A DNA stretch of 64,000 bases from an uncultured Acidimicrobiia bacterium (GTDB taxonomy: Bacteria > Acidobacteriota > Terriglobia > Versatilivoradales > Versatilivoraceae), in assembly GCA_963786955.1 (NCBI GenBank), contig CAWBAT010000008.1:352001-416000 (forward strand), given 5' to 3'. Under the pieces are notes generated by a model, which had not been told where the DNA came from, did no database searches, and saw only the letters and a list, made by a program, of their open reading frames with translations. Positions 62,307-64,000 of this stretch are shown piece by piece. The position numbers were made by a program, and so were the translations under genes. The first letter of the stretch is position 1. The number at the start of each line of letters is the position of its first letter.

Positions 62307-63944
62307 ATGAAAAAATTCTTCTGGCTGCTCGTTTTGCTGGTCTTGCCTGTCAATGCCGATGTGACCTATCAAGATTTGCTGAAACCGGCGGCAGCCAATT
62401 GGCTTACTTATTCAGGAGACTTTACTTCCCGTCGTTATAGCCTATTGAATCAGGTTCAAACGGGAAATGTGAATAGTCTTGTCTCCAAATGGGTTTACAG
62501 CATCAAGGATGCCCAATATATCGAGACCACTCCTTTAGTTGTGGATGGAGTGATGTACCTGACGAATTCCAACGAAGTTTTTGCCTTGGACGCGCAAACG
62601 GGCCGCAGTCTCTGGTACTTCAAGTATACGAAGGCCAAAGCCGAGGGCGCCAATCGAGGGGTGGCAGTCTTGGGTGAGCGGGTTTACTTTGTTAGTAGCA
62701 ATGTCCATCTGATTGCGCTGCATGCCAAGACTGGAGCGCTTTTGTGGGACACGTCGTATGGGGATTTGGAAAAGTATCCCCAAATGTCCGCAAGTCTGGC
62801 CCCCATGGCCATCGACGGTAAGGTGATTACGGGAGTCAGTGGCGGGGAGTGGGGCATTCGAGGATTTGTGGCAGCCTTTGATGCCGTCTCCGGAAAAGAA
62901 CTCTGGCGCTTTAATACGATCCCCGGGCCGGGCGATCCGGGATTTGGAACTTGGGGAGATCATCCCATTGACATTTCAGGGGGCCCTACCTGGATGCCGG
63001 GCTCCTTCGATGTGGAGCAGAATCTGGTCATTTGGACGGTAGGGAATCCAGGGCCTGATTTTTTCGGAGAGATGCGTCCCGGAGATAACCTGTACACCGA
63101 CTGTGTGGTTGCCCTCGATGCGGAGACCGGCAAGCTTAAATGGTATTTTCAATTCACTCCCCACGATACGCATGATTGGGATGCACAGGAATTCCCAGTC
63201 TTGATCGATACGAACTTTCAAGGGAAACCAAGGAAATTGTTGGTACAGGCAAACCGCAACGGATTTTTTTATGTGTTGGACCGCACGAACGGGAAAATGC
63301 TGCTGGCGAAGCCGTTCGTGAAGAAGCTCACCTGGGCCAAAGGGATCCGTCCCGATGGCCGTCCGGAGGTGGTTCCTGACATGGATCCGACACCGGATGG
63401 GAAAAAGGTTTGCCCTGGAGTCAAAGGGGCGACTAACTGGTTTTCACCCTCTTACAATCCGGATACAGGATTGCTCTACGTCATGTCGATAGAGCAATGC
63501 GATATCTATTACAGCTCGGCGAGGGTTTACGTTAAAGGCGAAGCCTATGATGGAACGGCTGCAGATTCCATCCCCTCAGAACCCGGCCAGTTCTTCCTTC
63601 GTGCCATTGATGTTCAGACTGGAGAGATTCGCTGGGAAGTTCCCATGACCATAAAAGACACTATGGAGTCCTGGCCTGGCACTCTTGCGACAGCTGGTGG
63701 ATTGGTGTTTTATGCTGATAACGAAGGATATTTTTGCGCCGTCGATGCCCGCACTGGCAGGCAGCTCTGGCACTTCAACATGGGCCAGCGGGTTGTCGCC
63801 TCTCCCATGACGTATAGTGTCGATGGAAAACAGTACATTGCCATTGCGACAGCCACACAAATCTTTTCCTTTGGGTTGTTCGAACCAGTCCCGCCACTCC
63901 CCCAAAGTCTGAACGAGCGTTATGAAGGGCACAAGGGGAGGTAG
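62307..63944 (+). CDS. PQQ-dependent alcohol-dehydrogenase-like beta-propeller (acidobacterial type, no vicinal Cys-Cys)
   Basis: Signal peptide, W.TYSGD...RYS.L.Q, ETTPLVVDG, SGGEWGIRG, GNPGP, TPHDTHDWD, ANRNG, GATNW. Confidence 0.92.
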   Translation: MKKFFWLLVLLVLPVNADVTYQDLLKPAAANWLTYSGDFTSRRYSLLNQVQTGNVNSLVSKWVYSIKDAQYIETTPLVVDGVMYLTNSNEVFALDAQTGRSLWYFKYTKAKAEGANRGVAVLGERVYFVSSNVHLIALHAKTGALLWDTSYGDLEKYPQMSASLAPMAIDGKVITGVSGGEWGIRGFVAAFDAVSGKELWRFNTIPGPGDPGFGTWGDHPIDISGGPTWMPGSFDVEQNLVIWTVGNPGPDFFGEMRPGDNLYTDCVVALDAETGKLKWYFQFTPHDTHDWDAQEFPVLIDTNFQGKPRKLLVQANRNGFFYVLDRTNGKMLLAKPFVKKLTWAKGIRPDGRPEVVPDMDPTPDGKKVCPGVKGATNWFSPSYNPDTGLLYVMSIEQCDIYYSSARVYVKGEAYDGTAADSIPSEPGQFFLRAIDVQTGEIRWEVPMTIKDTMESWPGTLATAGGLVFYADNEGYFCAVDARTGRQLWHFNMGQRVVASPMTYSVDGKQYIAIATATQIFSFGLFEPVPPLPQSLNERYEGHKGR

Positions 63945-64000
63945 TTTCTCATCCTAACCGTTAAACCCTATTAGGAAGCAAGTCTCTGGGGATCTATAAT

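Noticed and set aside
62307-63944. Calling the quinoprotein methanol dehydrogenase (xoxF/mxaF)
   Set aside because: It lacks the vicinal Cys-Cys and has no xoxJ/mxa neighbours; substrate cannot be assigned.

Overview
Bacterial chromosomal window, most consistent with an Acidobacteriota genome. This is inferred from lineage-typical genes: a Ser/Thr kinase with a TolB-like propeller, a PQQ-type dehydrogenase lacking the vicinal Cys pair, and a BMC-H plus aldehyde dehydrogenase pair. The backbone is housekeeping: pnp, udk, nudF, nth, class-V aminotransferase-serA, desaturase, PASTA protein, bamD, romR-like gene-valS-nadC-birA-coaX, rlmD, mltD, comM, htrA and ltaE. Many genes, including essential valS and bamD, carry single-base frameshifts that look like long-read consensus errors. 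Accessory highlights: (1) a two-gene cassette bracketed by direct REP repeats, encoding a secreted lysyl-oxidase-family enzyme with all catalytic residues and an unknown secreted protein with a Lys/Cys-rich tail; (2) a DtxR/MntR regulator divergent from a porin + CuA cupredoxin + di-heme protein operon, followed by a Cys/His-rich PPRA-ending leader ORF and czcCBA; (3) copA-csoR with a clear G-tract operator; (4) a RomR-like polarity regulator next to valS; (5) a minimal microcompartment locus; (6) a tandem kinase paralog with an internal deletion; (7) a di-heme cytochrome c plus a PQQ dehydrogenase carrying a lanthanide-type Asp; (8) a diverse, modular set of REP-like palindromes, heptamer arrays and a GxxExxY relic. 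No rRNA, tRNA, CRISPR array or intact transposase was recognised.
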